Shown one piece after another: positions 19,549-27,139 of a stretch of 43,452 nt of DNA (the stretch's first letter is position 1; the number at the start of each line of letters is the position of its first letter). Made by a program: the position numbers and the translations under genes. This DNA comes from a virus (lineage: Duplodnaviria; Caudoviricetes). The notes under the pieces were generated by a model, which saw only the letters and a list, made by a program, of their open reading frames with translations, made no database searches and was not told the DNA's origin. The stretch lies in the IMG/VR virus record IMGVR_UViG_3300020045_010636, positions 1 to 43,452 of that record; one strand, given 5' to 3'.

Positions 19549-19618
19549 TAGATTACAGGAGAGGCGGTTTAACAGCCGCTTCTTTTATTTGCCTCGCGAG
19601 AATTACAAAGCCTCTAAT

Positions 19619-19695
19619 GAAGAGTAAGCTAGTTTAAAAAAGTTAAAACGCCTTGAGTGATCAGGGAGAAATCGGTTCGAATCCGAGGGCTCTTT
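19619..19695 (+). ncRNA. tRNA-like small RNA (non-canonical cloverleaf)
   Basis: Closing stem AAGAGT/GCTCTT, D-like arm GTTT/AAAC, stem CCTTG/CAGGG with a 6-nt loop, T arm TCGG-TTCGAAT-CCGA; lies between the motif and a T tract. Confidence 0.65.
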
Positions 19696-19763
19696 ATTTT
19701 TTGCCTCGCGTAGATTACATAGTCTCTAATGAAAGATTATTAAAAAAATAAGGAGACTTTATT

Positions 19764-19880
19764 ATGAAAAATTTAGTTAAAGCATTAGCATGGAAGATCA
19801 TGTTAAAAGCTATAAACGAATATCCAGAAGAGATGCTCGAGATAATTAATGATGAGAAAAAAAGAAGGGAAGCTAAATAG
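19764..19880 (+). CDS. Cassette micro-ORF, 38 aa (not in ORF track)
   Basis: AAGGAG RBS; MKNLVKALAWKIMLKAINEYPEE...; stop within a hairpin. Confidence 0.65.
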   Translation: MKNLVKALAWKIMLKAINEYPEEMLEIINDEKKRREAK

Positions 19881-19916
19881 GCTTCTCCTTTTCGCGTAGA
19901 TTACATAGTCTCTAAT

Positions 19917-20023
19917 GAAGAGGAGAGGTAAACTGTCAGCAGGCTTCGATGCCTGCCCGGAAACGGAAAGGAGTTGACTACCAGCGGTTATTAGAACTAG
20001 ATCTGGATACACTCATCCTCTTT
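19917..20023 (+). ncRNA. Structured small RNA candidate
   Basis: AAGAGGAGAG pairs with CTC(A)TCCTCTT; internal hairpins GCAGGC-TTCGAT-GCCTGC, CCG-GAAA-CGG and CCAG..CTGG; no convincing ORF. Confidence 0.65.
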
Positions 20024-20059
20024 ATTTTTTTGCCTCGCGAGAATTACACAGCCTATAAT

Positions 20060-20158
20060 GAAAAGGAAACGACGTAGCGATACGAATGTAGGTACCAGAA
20101 AGAAGGTCCCCGCGTCGTTATAATAGGAAGCAGTTCGACACTCGCAGACACCTTTTTT
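20060..20158 (+). ncRNA. Structured small RNA candidate
   Basis: AAAAGG/CCTTTT closing stem, AACGACG/CGTCGTT helix, GCAG-TTCGACA-CT(C)GC T-loop hairpin. Confidence 0.55.
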
Positions 20159-20211
20159 ATTTCGCCAAGTTTACATATCAGTATAATATTTTTATTTTGA
20201 AAGGAGAAATC

Positions 20212-21450
20212 ATGATTAACTCACCAACCGCAATAAGCATGGAAGAGCTCGTAGAAACGCTTAATAATGCTAGTCAAAAGTATTACTCCGGAGACAGTGA
20301 TGAGACGCCGATCTCGGACGCTAAGTACGATAAGCTATTAAGTGATTTGTTATATTTAGAGGACAAGAACGGATATCGTCTACCAAACTCACCGACCTCA
20401 AGAGTGGGTTTCGAGGAGACGGACGGTAAAGTAAAGCACTATGCGCCCGTACTCTCACTTAAGGATACGAAGAGTCTAGATGAACTCTTTCATTTTCTTG
20501 GAGATAATGAGGGCGTATTATCATGGAAACTTGATGGCGTATCCATCGTGCTGCATTACAAATATGGTAATCTTGTAAAAGCACTAAGCCGTGGCGATGG
20601 GCAATATGGTAAAGATATCACTAAAAATGTTATGCTTATGCGATATGTACCCAAAACCCTGTCAATTAAAAATGACGTTATTATCCGTGGTGAAGGTTGT
20701 ATGTCGCTTAAGGATTTCGATCAAATAAAGAACACTCAAGAGGGCGAAAGATATAGCAACCCTCGTAATCTAGCCAGCGGACTAATAAATGGGACAAAAA
20801 CCACAAATGTTCTACTCAGACATATGAGCTTTGTAGCCCATTCAGTTACTTTAATGGAAGGCTACGGACGTCAACTTACTACAAGATATGAGCAGTTCGA
20901 TTATTTAAATCAACTTGGTTTTAGAGTTGTGCCTCATGTAAGGGTTGTGAATTACGAGCTAAAAAAAGAGATTGCGTGGTTCTCAGATGCAGTTGAGAGT
21001 TTTGAGTTTCCTACAGATGGGCTTGTGCTGGCGCTCAATGATCTAGAATATAGTGATTCTCTTGGATTTACAGCAAAATATCCTAAACATAGCATGGCGT
21101 TCAAGTGGGTCGACACAATGGCACGCACTAGAGTCGTCGATATGAAATGGAGTGTTAGTCAAACCGGGCTTATTACTCCAGTGGTTCTACTTGAGCCTGT
21201 ACAGCTTGAAGGAACAGTTGTTAAGAGAGCCAATCTCCACACACTTAAGCGCTTCAAAGAACTCGGCATCGGTAAGGGTGATATCCTGCAAATCTATAAG
21301 GCTAACAAGATAATTCCCGAGGTAGAAGAGAATATGACAAGGAGTCGTACGGAGGAGTATCCAAGATTCTGTCCGAAATGTGGAGCAGAAACCAAAGCAG
21401 TCATAAGTGAGAAAACGGAGAAGTTATATTGTACTGATTGTGCTAAATAA
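20212..21450 (+). CDS. ligA: NAD-dependent DNA ligase (short form)
   Basis: YY...ISDAKYD (domain Ia), KLDG adenylation motif, SRGDG..G.DIT, RGE, NPRN.ASG, DGLV, AFK, OB fold and a CPKC..CTDC Zn finger; no HhH or BRCT. Confidence 0.92.
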   Translation: MINSPTAISMEELVETLNNASQKYYSGDSDETPISDAKYDKLLSDLLYLEDKNGYRLPNSPTSRVGFEETDGKVKHYAPVLSLKDTKSLDELFHFLGDNEGVLSWKLDGVSIVLHYKYGNLVKALSRGDGQYGKDITKNVMLMRYVPKTLSIKNDVIIRGEGCMSLKDFDQIKNTQEGERYSNPRNLASGLINGTKTTNVLLRHMSFVAHSVTLMEGYGRQLTTRYEQFDYLNQLGFRVVPHVRVVNYELKKEIAWFSDAVESFEFPTDGLVLALNDLEYSDSLGFTAKYPKHSMAFKWVDTMARTRVVDMKWSVSQTGLITPVVLLEPVQLEGTVVKRANLHTLKRFKELGIGKGDILQIYKANKIIPEVEENMTRSRTEEYPRFCPKCGAETKAVISEKTEKLYCTDCAK

Positions 21451-21451
21451 C

Positions 21452-21476
21452 TCGCGAAAATTACACCGCCTTTAAT
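21452..21476 (+). promoter_or_regulatory. Repeated promoter-like motif
   Basis: TCGC gaaaa TTAC accgc CTT TAAT. Confidence 0.75.
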
Positions 21477-21507
21477 AGAAATTATATTTGAAAGGGTGGC
21501 AATCACT

Positions 21508-21747
21508 ATGACTAAAAAGATTAAAGTTATAACAAACAAAGAAGCAGGATTTAAAATTCATGAGCTAGTTTCGAAGTATACAACAAACGGATTACTAAGT
21601 AAACCAATGGTACGTATACATCCGAACAAGCAAGGGAAAATTGAGATCGACTTCGCATGCAGCGTTACAAAAGTTAGTAAATTTAGAAGAGAATTACACG
21701 CATTGACAAATGAAGGTTTCGAAGGAAGAATAAGAATTGGAGCTTAG
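21508..21747 (+). CDS. Cassette ORF, 79 aa
   Basis: Follows the motif; ends IGA* inside GGAGCTTAGGCTCC. Confidence 0.65.
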   Translation: MTKKIKVITNKEAGFKIHELVSKYTTNGLLSKPMVRIHPNKQGKIEIDFACSVTKVSKFRRELHALTNEGFEGRIRIGA

Positions 21748-21783
21748 GCTCCTTTCTTTTAATTTTGTAAAGGAGAATTCACC

Positions 21784-22533
21784 ATGGAATTAAAAGCTAT
21801 CGCAAGGAATCTCGGAGATGTGATTAGTCAAAATAGCCCAACCATTCTTACCGGTCTTAGCGTCGGCGGACTTCTGACGACCACCATATTGGCAGTTAGA
21901 GCAACGCCTAAAGCGATGACAATACTAGACAACCATGATCTTTTAATAGAGGATATGACAAAACGAACAATTGTTGGACTCACGTGGAAATGTTATATTC
22001 CGGCAATGGCTACTGGACTAGCCACAATTGCTTGTATTATCGGCGCAAACCATATTTCTTTACGTCGTAATGCGGCGTTAGCAAGTCTGTATGGCCTAAC
22101 AGAAGCGGCATTCAAGGAGTATCAAGCAAAAGTTGTCGAGACGATTGGTCGCAGCAAGGAGTTAAAAGTGCGCGACGATATTGCCGAGGACCAGGTCAAG
22201 CGTAATCCGGTGGGTACGAACGAAGTCATTTTCACTGGTAAAGGCGACGTTCTATGCTATGACAGTCTAAGTGGTAGGTATTTCAAGTCGGATATTGAGC
22301 AAATAAGACGATCGGTTAATACTCTAAATAGAGAGCTACTTACCGATATGTTCTTAACGCTAAATGACTTGTATTATGCGCTTGGTTTATCTGGAACAAA
22401 ACTCGGCGATGAGATGGGCTGGGATATTGACAAGGGTCTTCTCGAGATAAATTTCAGCGCACAAGTTACCGAGAACTTTGATCCATGTCTTGTGTTGAAT
22501 TATGACCTGACGCCGCGATTTATTAATAAATAA
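21784..22533 (+). CDS. Conserved phage protein (DUF6353-like), paralogue of 31176..32108
   Basis: SPTILTG...ATPKA, RRNAALASLY, and CL.L.Y...P motifs. Confidence 0.65.
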   Translation: MELKAIARNLGDVISQNSPTILTGLSVGGLLTTTILAVRATPKAMTILDNHDLLIEDMTKRTIVGLTWKCYIPAMATGLATIACIIGANHISLRRNAALASLYGLTEAAFKEYQAKVVETIGRSKELKVRDDIAEDQVKRNPVGTNEVIFTGKGDVLCYDSLSGRYFKSDIEQIRRSVNTLNRELLTDMFLTLNDLYYALGLSGTKLGDEMGWDIDKGLLEINFSAQVTENFDPCLVLNYDLTPRFINK

Positions 22534-22545
22534 AGGAGAATCGCC

Positions 22546-22719
22546 ATGTCAGTACAAATTAAAGATTTTTGCATTAAAAATAACCTTCAGATTGAGAATA
22601 TTAATTGTTCTCATTGCGGTTATGTGCATCCGTCGGTTAATCACGCACTATATTTAATACCAAATACTTGCCCGATTTGCAAACGTGATATAACAATAGT
22701 ATGCATATATAATAAATAA
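22546..22719 (+). CDS. Zn-ribbon micro-protein, 57 aa (not in ORF track)
   Basis: AAAGGAG RBS; CSHC and CPIC. Confidence 0.65.
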   Translation: MSVQIKDFCIKNNLQIENINCSHCGYVHPSVNHALYLIPNTCPICKRDITIVCIYNK

Positions 22720-22731
22720 AGGAGAAACCAA

Positions 22732-23352
22732 ATGAGAACAATTAAAGCTGGCTACGAAATAATGGATGACATCGATGGAAAAGCCATATTGCAAAAGCTC
22801 GAGAAATGCGGACGTGTTTGTTACAAATCCGAGGATAAAATCACAGACGTATCAGCGTTAAGTTTTGTCCGCGGCATAATCAAAAGCGGACATGAGTCCG
22901 TGATCGAGCATGTAAGCTTTACAATAAAATTCATCGTCGACCGCGGTGTATCACATGAGATCGTCAGGCACCGCATCGCATCCTTCTCGCAAGAATCCAC
23001 AAGATATTGCAATTATGGCAATGCTAAGGAAATTGTCTTGATCGAACCGTGCTTCCTTGATGAGCGCGACTATAATCAGACAAGAAAATGGTGGATCGCT
23101 GGATGTTATGAGGCCGAGAACTCATATTTGAAGATGCTCGGATTGGGCGCAACACCGCAAGAAGCACGATCGGTACTACCAAATAGTCTTAAAACGGAGG
23201 TTGTCATGACCGCTAATTTGCGTGAGTGGCGGCATTTCTTAAGGCTACGTACGTCAAAGGCGGCTCATCCTCAGATGCGAGAAGTAACAATTCCACTTCT
23301 TGAGGATCTAAAGCGGCAAATACCTGTTATATTCGACGATATCCAGTATTAA
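22732..23352 (+). CDS. thyX: Flavin-dependent thymidylate synthase
   Basis: GHESVIEH, RHRIASFSQESTRY (RHRx7S), ARSVLP, and N.REW.HF..LR....AH. Confidence 0.95.
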   Translation: MRTIKAGYEIMDDIDGKAILQKLEKCGRVCYKSEDKITDVSALSFVRGIIKSGHESVIEHVSFTIKFIVDRGVSHEIVRHRIASFSQESTRYCNYGNAKEIVLIEPCFLDERDYNQTRKWWIAGCYEAENSYLKMLGLGATPQEARSVLPNSLKTEVVMTANLREWRHFLRLRTSKAAHPQMREVTIPLLEDLKRQIPVIFDDIQY

Positions 23353-23378
23353 TTAAATATTGAAGGAGAAATTTCACC

Positions 23379-24566
23379 ATGACAATTAAAGATTTTTGCA
23401 TTAAAAATAACCTTTATCATTCCGACGACCAAGTAGGTGATGTCGGCGATCTGAGCGATGGATACCACACGTTCAATGACTTATATGAGCAGAGATGCGT
23501 GTTATTTGCCGCCCTATGCAATACTTTCGCCGATAAGGCCTGGAAATCATACAAACACTCAGACGGAGAAGACTGCTTCGGTGGTGGATGGTTTATTGTA
23601 GGAATTAGTACACCTGATGGTCAATATAGCTACCACTATGAGAATAAGAACTGGGACATGTTCGAATGTAAAGAAGTCGAACTTGCTCCCGAATGGGATG
23701 GTCACACCGATAAGGATATTAAGCGGCTATTGTCTCTCAACCGAGTCGAGGAAGGATCAATGACTGAATGGGCTAAAAAAGAAGTTGAGCTTGCGTGCGT
23801 GATGGAGCGAGCCGACTCAGATGTACAATCTCCTGGTTGGGATTACGGTTGTGCTTGCTACGAGAGTGCTTTTAAGGCTCTTAAGAGTCTGTCGAGTGAC
23901 GGCCATAGTGGTTTTAGCATTATGATGACAAAGCATATCCTGAACCGTCTGATCGATGGTAAAGCATTAACACCCATCGAGGATACAGATGATATTTGGA
24001 GAGAGTGTTGTAGAGAAAAAGGTCTCGGCTATACAACATATCAGTGCGAGCGTATGAGCTCTCTCTTCAAGGACGTCTATATAGATGGAACGGTTAAATA
24101 TCACGATGTCGATGCGTCGTACTGTGTCGATATAAGCAATGATAGCACTTATACGAACGGATACGTACGTAGCCTGATTGATGACCTGTATCCGATCACA
24201 ATGCCATATATGCCCGGCGAGGCAACTAAGATCTATTGTGAAGACTTCTTATTCGATCCAGAAAATGGCGATTACGATACGAAGGGAATATTCTACATTA
24301 TCCGACCAGATGGAGAGCGGGTAGAAATAAACCGCTTCTTCAAAGAAGACGGACGTGATTGGACCGAGATCGATATTGGGGAATACGAGAAACGCAAAGT
24401 ATTTTCTGCCCGTTTAAGGACAGAAAAAGCGTCATTCAGCATGACCATTAACAATTTAAATATGGCACAGCAAGAAAAGCTTTTATCTGAGCACCAGCCT
24501 CAGGTTGCAAGCGAGTGGGACGGCTTGTCTAGTAATACTCCGGAGGTAGCAGATGCCGAGACCTAA
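23379..24566 (+). CDS. Two-domain hypothetical protein (WDGH-motif domain plus a second phage domain)
   Basis: SDGYHTFNDLY...APEWDGHT, then MTEWAKKEVELAC...GHSGFS...LTPI. Confidence 0.65.
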   Translation: MTIKDFCIKNNLYHSDDQVGDVGDLSDGYHTFNDLYEQRCVLFAALCNTFADKAWKSYKHSDGEDCFGGGWFIVGISTPDGQYSYHYENKNWDMFECKEVELAPEWDGHTDKDIKRLLSLNRVEEGSMTEWAKKEVELACVMERADSDVQSPGWDYGCACYESAFKALKSLSSDGHSGFSIMMTKHILNRLIDGKALTPIEDTDDIWRECCREKGLGYTTYQCERMSSLFKDVYIDGTVKYHDVDASYCVDISNDSTYTNGYVRSLIDDLYPITMPYMPGEATKIYCEDFLFDPENGDYDTKGIFYIIRPDGERVEINRFFKEDGRDWTEIDIGEYEKRKVFSARLRTEKASFSMTINNLNMAQQEKLLSEHQPQVASEWDGLSSNTPEVADAET

Positions 24567-24891
24567 AATAATAGCGGTTGATTTCGACGGAACAATCGCT
24601 ACCGATAAATACCCACTCGTCGGCGAGCCAATATACGCTACGATCGTCCGAATCCAGCAAGAGCAGAGAAATGGCGCTAAGATAATTCTATGGACAAACC
24701 GTACGGATAAGGCTCTTGATCGGGCAGTAGAATTCTGTCACGATTATGGTATATTGCTAGATGCAGTTAACGACAATATTCAATCGGTAATTGACACTTT
24801 CGGCTGTAACCCAAGAAAAATCTTTGCCAATGAATATTGGGATGATCGTATGGTCGCCCTCCCACATCTCAAGCATCCAGAAAGGCGATAA
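24553..24891 (+). CDS. HAD-superfamily hydrolase
   Basis: IAVDFDGTI, ILWT.R, K..A..Y.DDR. Confidence 0.8.
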   Translation: MPRPKIIAVDFDGTIATDKYPLVGEPIYATIVRIQQEQRNGAKIILWTNRTDKALDRAVEFCHDYGILLDAVNDNIQSVIDTFGCNPRKIFANEYWDDRMVALPHLKHPERR

Positions 24892-24893
24892 CA

Positions 24894-25184
24894 ATGAGTC
24901 AACAAAAATCGGCTAAAGATATTGCGTTCGACAAGGAGCGTTTAGCATATAGACAGAAAATAAACGCCCTTAACAATAAAATCGCGTATTGGGAGATTGA
25001 GTTCGAGAACGCTCAACTTAAATACAAGCATGCAGAGGATATCATTTTAAAACTTGACGAGGAGATTGATGTGCTAAGCAAGAAACTTGATATTCCTCGA
25101 GAAACTCTCCTTGCTGATATTGAGCGAACGAAGAAGGCCGCAGATGCGCTTGAGACTCTTCTCTCAATTCGCAGCCTCGCATAA
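24894..25184 (+). CDS. Hypothetical coiled-coil protein
   Basis: ORF in operon context. Confidence 0.55.
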   Translation: MSQQKSAKDIAFDKERLAYRQKINALNNKIAYWEIEFENAQLKYKHAEDIILKLDEEIDVLSKKLDIPRETLLADIERTKKAADALETLLSIRSLA

Positions 25185-25201
25185 ATTACATAGCTTCTAA
25201 T
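25177..25201 (+). promoter_or_regulatory. Repeated promoter-like motif
   Basis: TCGC ataaa TTAC atagc TTC TAAT. Confidence 0.75.
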
Positions 25202-25245
25202 GAAGATAATACTAAAATAAAATTATATTTTGAGGAGAAATTACC

Positions 25246-25479
25246 ATGGAAGAGAAACGTACATTAGGTGAAGTTATCAGCACAAACAAAGGAAGAATCA
25301 TAAAAGGATCAGTAATTGTAGTCGGTATTGTGGCAGGGATTGTAATAATCAAGCTGCTGACAAACCAAGGCAATACGATGGTCGACGCGATAGAATCATT
25401 GAGCGCTGATAGAGTCATTTTGGACGGCATCAAAAACGTTGGCGATGTGGCCGAGGAAGTAGTCGAAGTAATAGTATAA
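25246..25479 (+). CDS. Cassette ORF, single TM
   Basis: GAGGAG RBS; hydrophobic helix; hairpin at ~25484-25522. Confidence 0.65.
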   Translation: MEEKRTLGEVISTNKGRIIKGSVIVVGIVAGIVIIKLLTNQGNTMVDAIESLSADRVILDGIKNVGDVAEEVVEVIV

Positions 25480-25545
25480 AATGAAGGCGAAGGCATTAAG
25501 GAAACTTAGTGTCTTCGCTTTACTTAAAATTATGGAGCGTGAAAA

Positions 25546-26163
25546 ATGCCAACAAGAAATGAAAGAGACAAGGCCGTCATACTGAAGCGACAATTTTACA
25601 TACAACTCGCAGTTACACTTGGTATATTAGCCGTTATATTCATCGTCATGCTTGCTCAGGCATCGAGAGGTCTTAGTGCAATGAGCGAAGTGTCACCGGT
25701 TGTCATCGAGAGTCCGTCGCCAAGTGTTGAGATTTTGCCGATAGCCGTGGTATCCGTCGAGCCAAGTCTTAGTCCAGAACCAATATTGCGATATGGTTTT
25801 ACTGATGATGAGGTATATTTACTAGCCCAATTGCTTTGTGGGAGTAAGGATACGGACGGAGATGGTGAGTACGACTTTGACTTTAAGAAAGAACTTGACT
25901 ACAATGAGATATCAAAGGTGCTTTGCGTGGTTATGAACCGCGTACGATCGGATAAATATCCAGATACTGTAAAAAAGGTAGTAATGCAGATGGGTCAATT
26001 TAGTGTAATGCCCGAAAATTCACATAAAACGGTGTCAAGTGTGGCAATCAATGAGACAAAAGCATGGTGTGATGCTTACGACAGCTTCGATCCCGGCGCT
26101 CAAGTCTGTCCGGAAGACCATTTATATTTTAGTGGTAATGGTTTTATCAATGTAACTCGCTGA
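25546..26163 (+). CDS. Membrane-anchored SleB-like cell wall hydrolase
   Basis: N-terminal TM, Pro/Ser linker, V..VVMNRV.S..YP.TV..VV.Q.GQFS. Confidence 0.75.
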   Translation: MPTRNERDKAVILKRQFYIQLAVTLGILAVIFIVMLAQASRGLSAMSEVSPVVIESPSPSVEILPIAVVSVEPSLSPEPILRYGFTDDEVYLLAQLLCGSKDTDGDGEYDFDFKKELDYNEISKVLCVVMNRVRSDKYPDTVKKVVMQMGQFSVMPENSHKTVSSVAINETKAWCDAYDSFDPGAQVCPEDHLYFSGNGFINVTR

Positions 26164-26181
26164 GATTACATACCCTCTAAT
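26157..26181 (+). promoter_or_regulatory. Repeated promoter-like motif
   Basis: TCGC tgaga TTAC atacc CTC TAAT. Confidence 0.75.
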
Positions 26182-26198
26182 AGAAAGGAATGTGATTT

Positions 26199-26378
26199 AT
26201 GAATACGGAAAAAATAAAATCCATGTTACCTATGCTTAAGAAATATGTACCGATAGTTCTTTCGCCGAGAGGAATGAAGGAGTTTGGAAAACATATGGCT
26301 TATACAAGAGGGTATATGCAGGGATATCTAATTAGAACTGGTAGAATAAATGAATTTACAGATAAAGAGGGAGCTTAG
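26199..26378 (+). CDS. Cassette micro-ORF, 59 aa (not in ORF track)
   Basis: AAAGGA RBS; MNTEKIKSMLP...KEGA* with the stop in the hairpin loop. Confidence 0.65.
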   Translation: MNTEKIKSMLPMLKKYVPIVLSPRGMKEFGKHMAYTRGYMQGYLIRTGRINEFTDKEGA

Positions 26379-26389
26379 GCTCCTTTCTT

Positions 26390-26414
26390 TCGCTGAGAAA
26401 ACATACCCTCTAAT
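26390..26414 (+). promoter_or_regulatory. Repeated promoter-like motif
   Basis: TCGC tgaga AAAC atacc CTC TAAT. Confidence 0.75.
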
Positions 26415-26442
26415 AGAACTATATTTGAGAGGAGAATCACAT

Positions 26443-26709
26443 ATGAATACAGCGATTACGGTAATAAAAACAGTAGGAAGCTTAGTGGTTTCAATAGGAG
26501 TAGGGTCAGTAGCGGCTAATATTATAAAGGCGACGACACCAGGTAATGCAAAAGCATTTGCTAAGATATGCATTGGTGTGGGAAGTTTCTTTATAGCAGG
26601 AGTAGCTAGCGGAATGGCCAGCGACAAATTTGAGGACACAGTGGACAAGGTTGGAGACATCATAAAGAAATGGACATCAAAAGATGAACCCCAAGAAGAA
26701 GTAATATAG
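26443..26709 (+). CDS. Cassette ORF, 88 aa, Gly-rich hydrophobic helices
   Basis: GAGGAG RBS before ATG 26443; GAAGC-TTAG-GCTTC hairpin follows. Confidence 0.7.
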   Translation: MNTAITVIKTVGSLVVSIGVGSVAANIIKATTPGNAKAFAKICIGVGSFFIAGVASGMASDKFEDTVDKVGDIIKKWTSKDEPQEEVI

Positions 26710-26759
26710 AAGGAAGCTTAGGCTTCTTTCTTTTCTAACTTGAAAGGACGATCTCACCA

Positions 26760-26957
26760 ATGAAAGTAAAAATAGGAGATAAAACGGTAGATAGTGAAGA
26801 CGAGCCAATACTAATTACATTAGAGCCTTGGGAAAAGCAAGTGATTATCGATAGTGGAGAGAAGGATCATTTCTGCTTTTTTCCAACATCATCTGTAATC
26901 CAGGACATTCAAGATTTTATGAAGGAGAAAGAATTACCATGGTGGAAAAAAGTATAA
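26760..26957 (+). CDS. Hypothetical protein
   Basis: AAAGGA RBS; MKVKIGDK..DSE.EPI. Confidence 0.6.
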   Translation: MKVKIGDKTVDSEDEPILITLEPWEKQVIIDSGEKDHFCFFPTSSVIQDIQDFMKEKELPWWKKV

Positions 26958-27139
26958 GTAAAATCAGAGTAAGAGATCTAGCCGTTGTTGCCCTCACTAT
27001 AGTTTTCATAGTACTTAAATTAAAAGGAGTCATTGCCTGGTCTTGGCTATGGGTCTTATCTCCACTGTGGATTTGTGTTGTGGTGGGCGTTATTGCGTTT
27101 ATCGTTGGTTTAATAATTATAAGGAGGAATTACAAATGA
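26939..27139 (+). CDS. Small membrane protein
   Basis: LTIVFIVLKL.GVI.WSW.WV.SPLW. Confidence 0.7.
   Translation: MVEKSISKIRVRDLAVVALTIVFIVLKLKGVIAWSWLWVLSPLWICVVVGVIAFIVGLIIIRRNYK

Larger units (their letters stand above)
17906..20187 (+). repeat. Dense array of 12 promoter-motif cassettes
   Basis: Motif starts at 17906, 18175, 18397, 18686, 18937, 19171, 19377, 19594, 19706, 19892, 20035 and 20162. The last copy has a 1-nt longer spacer, 19171 has TTAT for TAAT, and 19377 has CTAC. Confidence 0.9.

Noticed and set aside
19619-19695. Canonical tRNA call
   Set aside because: The anticodon loop has 6 nt with no U33, the acceptor stem is not contiguous with the T arm, and there is no CCA. 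Kept as tRNA-like ncRNA.
17906-20187. CRISPR array interpretation of the regularly spaced repeats
   Set aside because: The repeats are degenerate and gapped, and the spacers are 90-260 bp with RBS-led ORFs. There is no cas operon; 40450..41004 is a stand-alone PD-(D/E)XK nuclease.
24580-24597. DFDG in the 112-aa ORF as a second RNAP motif
   Set aside because: The context IAVDFDGT is HAD motif I (DxDGT), not DxDGD.
17730-26442. Upstream starts given by the ORF track for 17730, 18721, 20197, 21496 and 26350
   Set aside because: These extensions run through the promoter motif or the RBS itself. The RBS-supported starts are 17958, 18739, 20212, 21508 and 26443.
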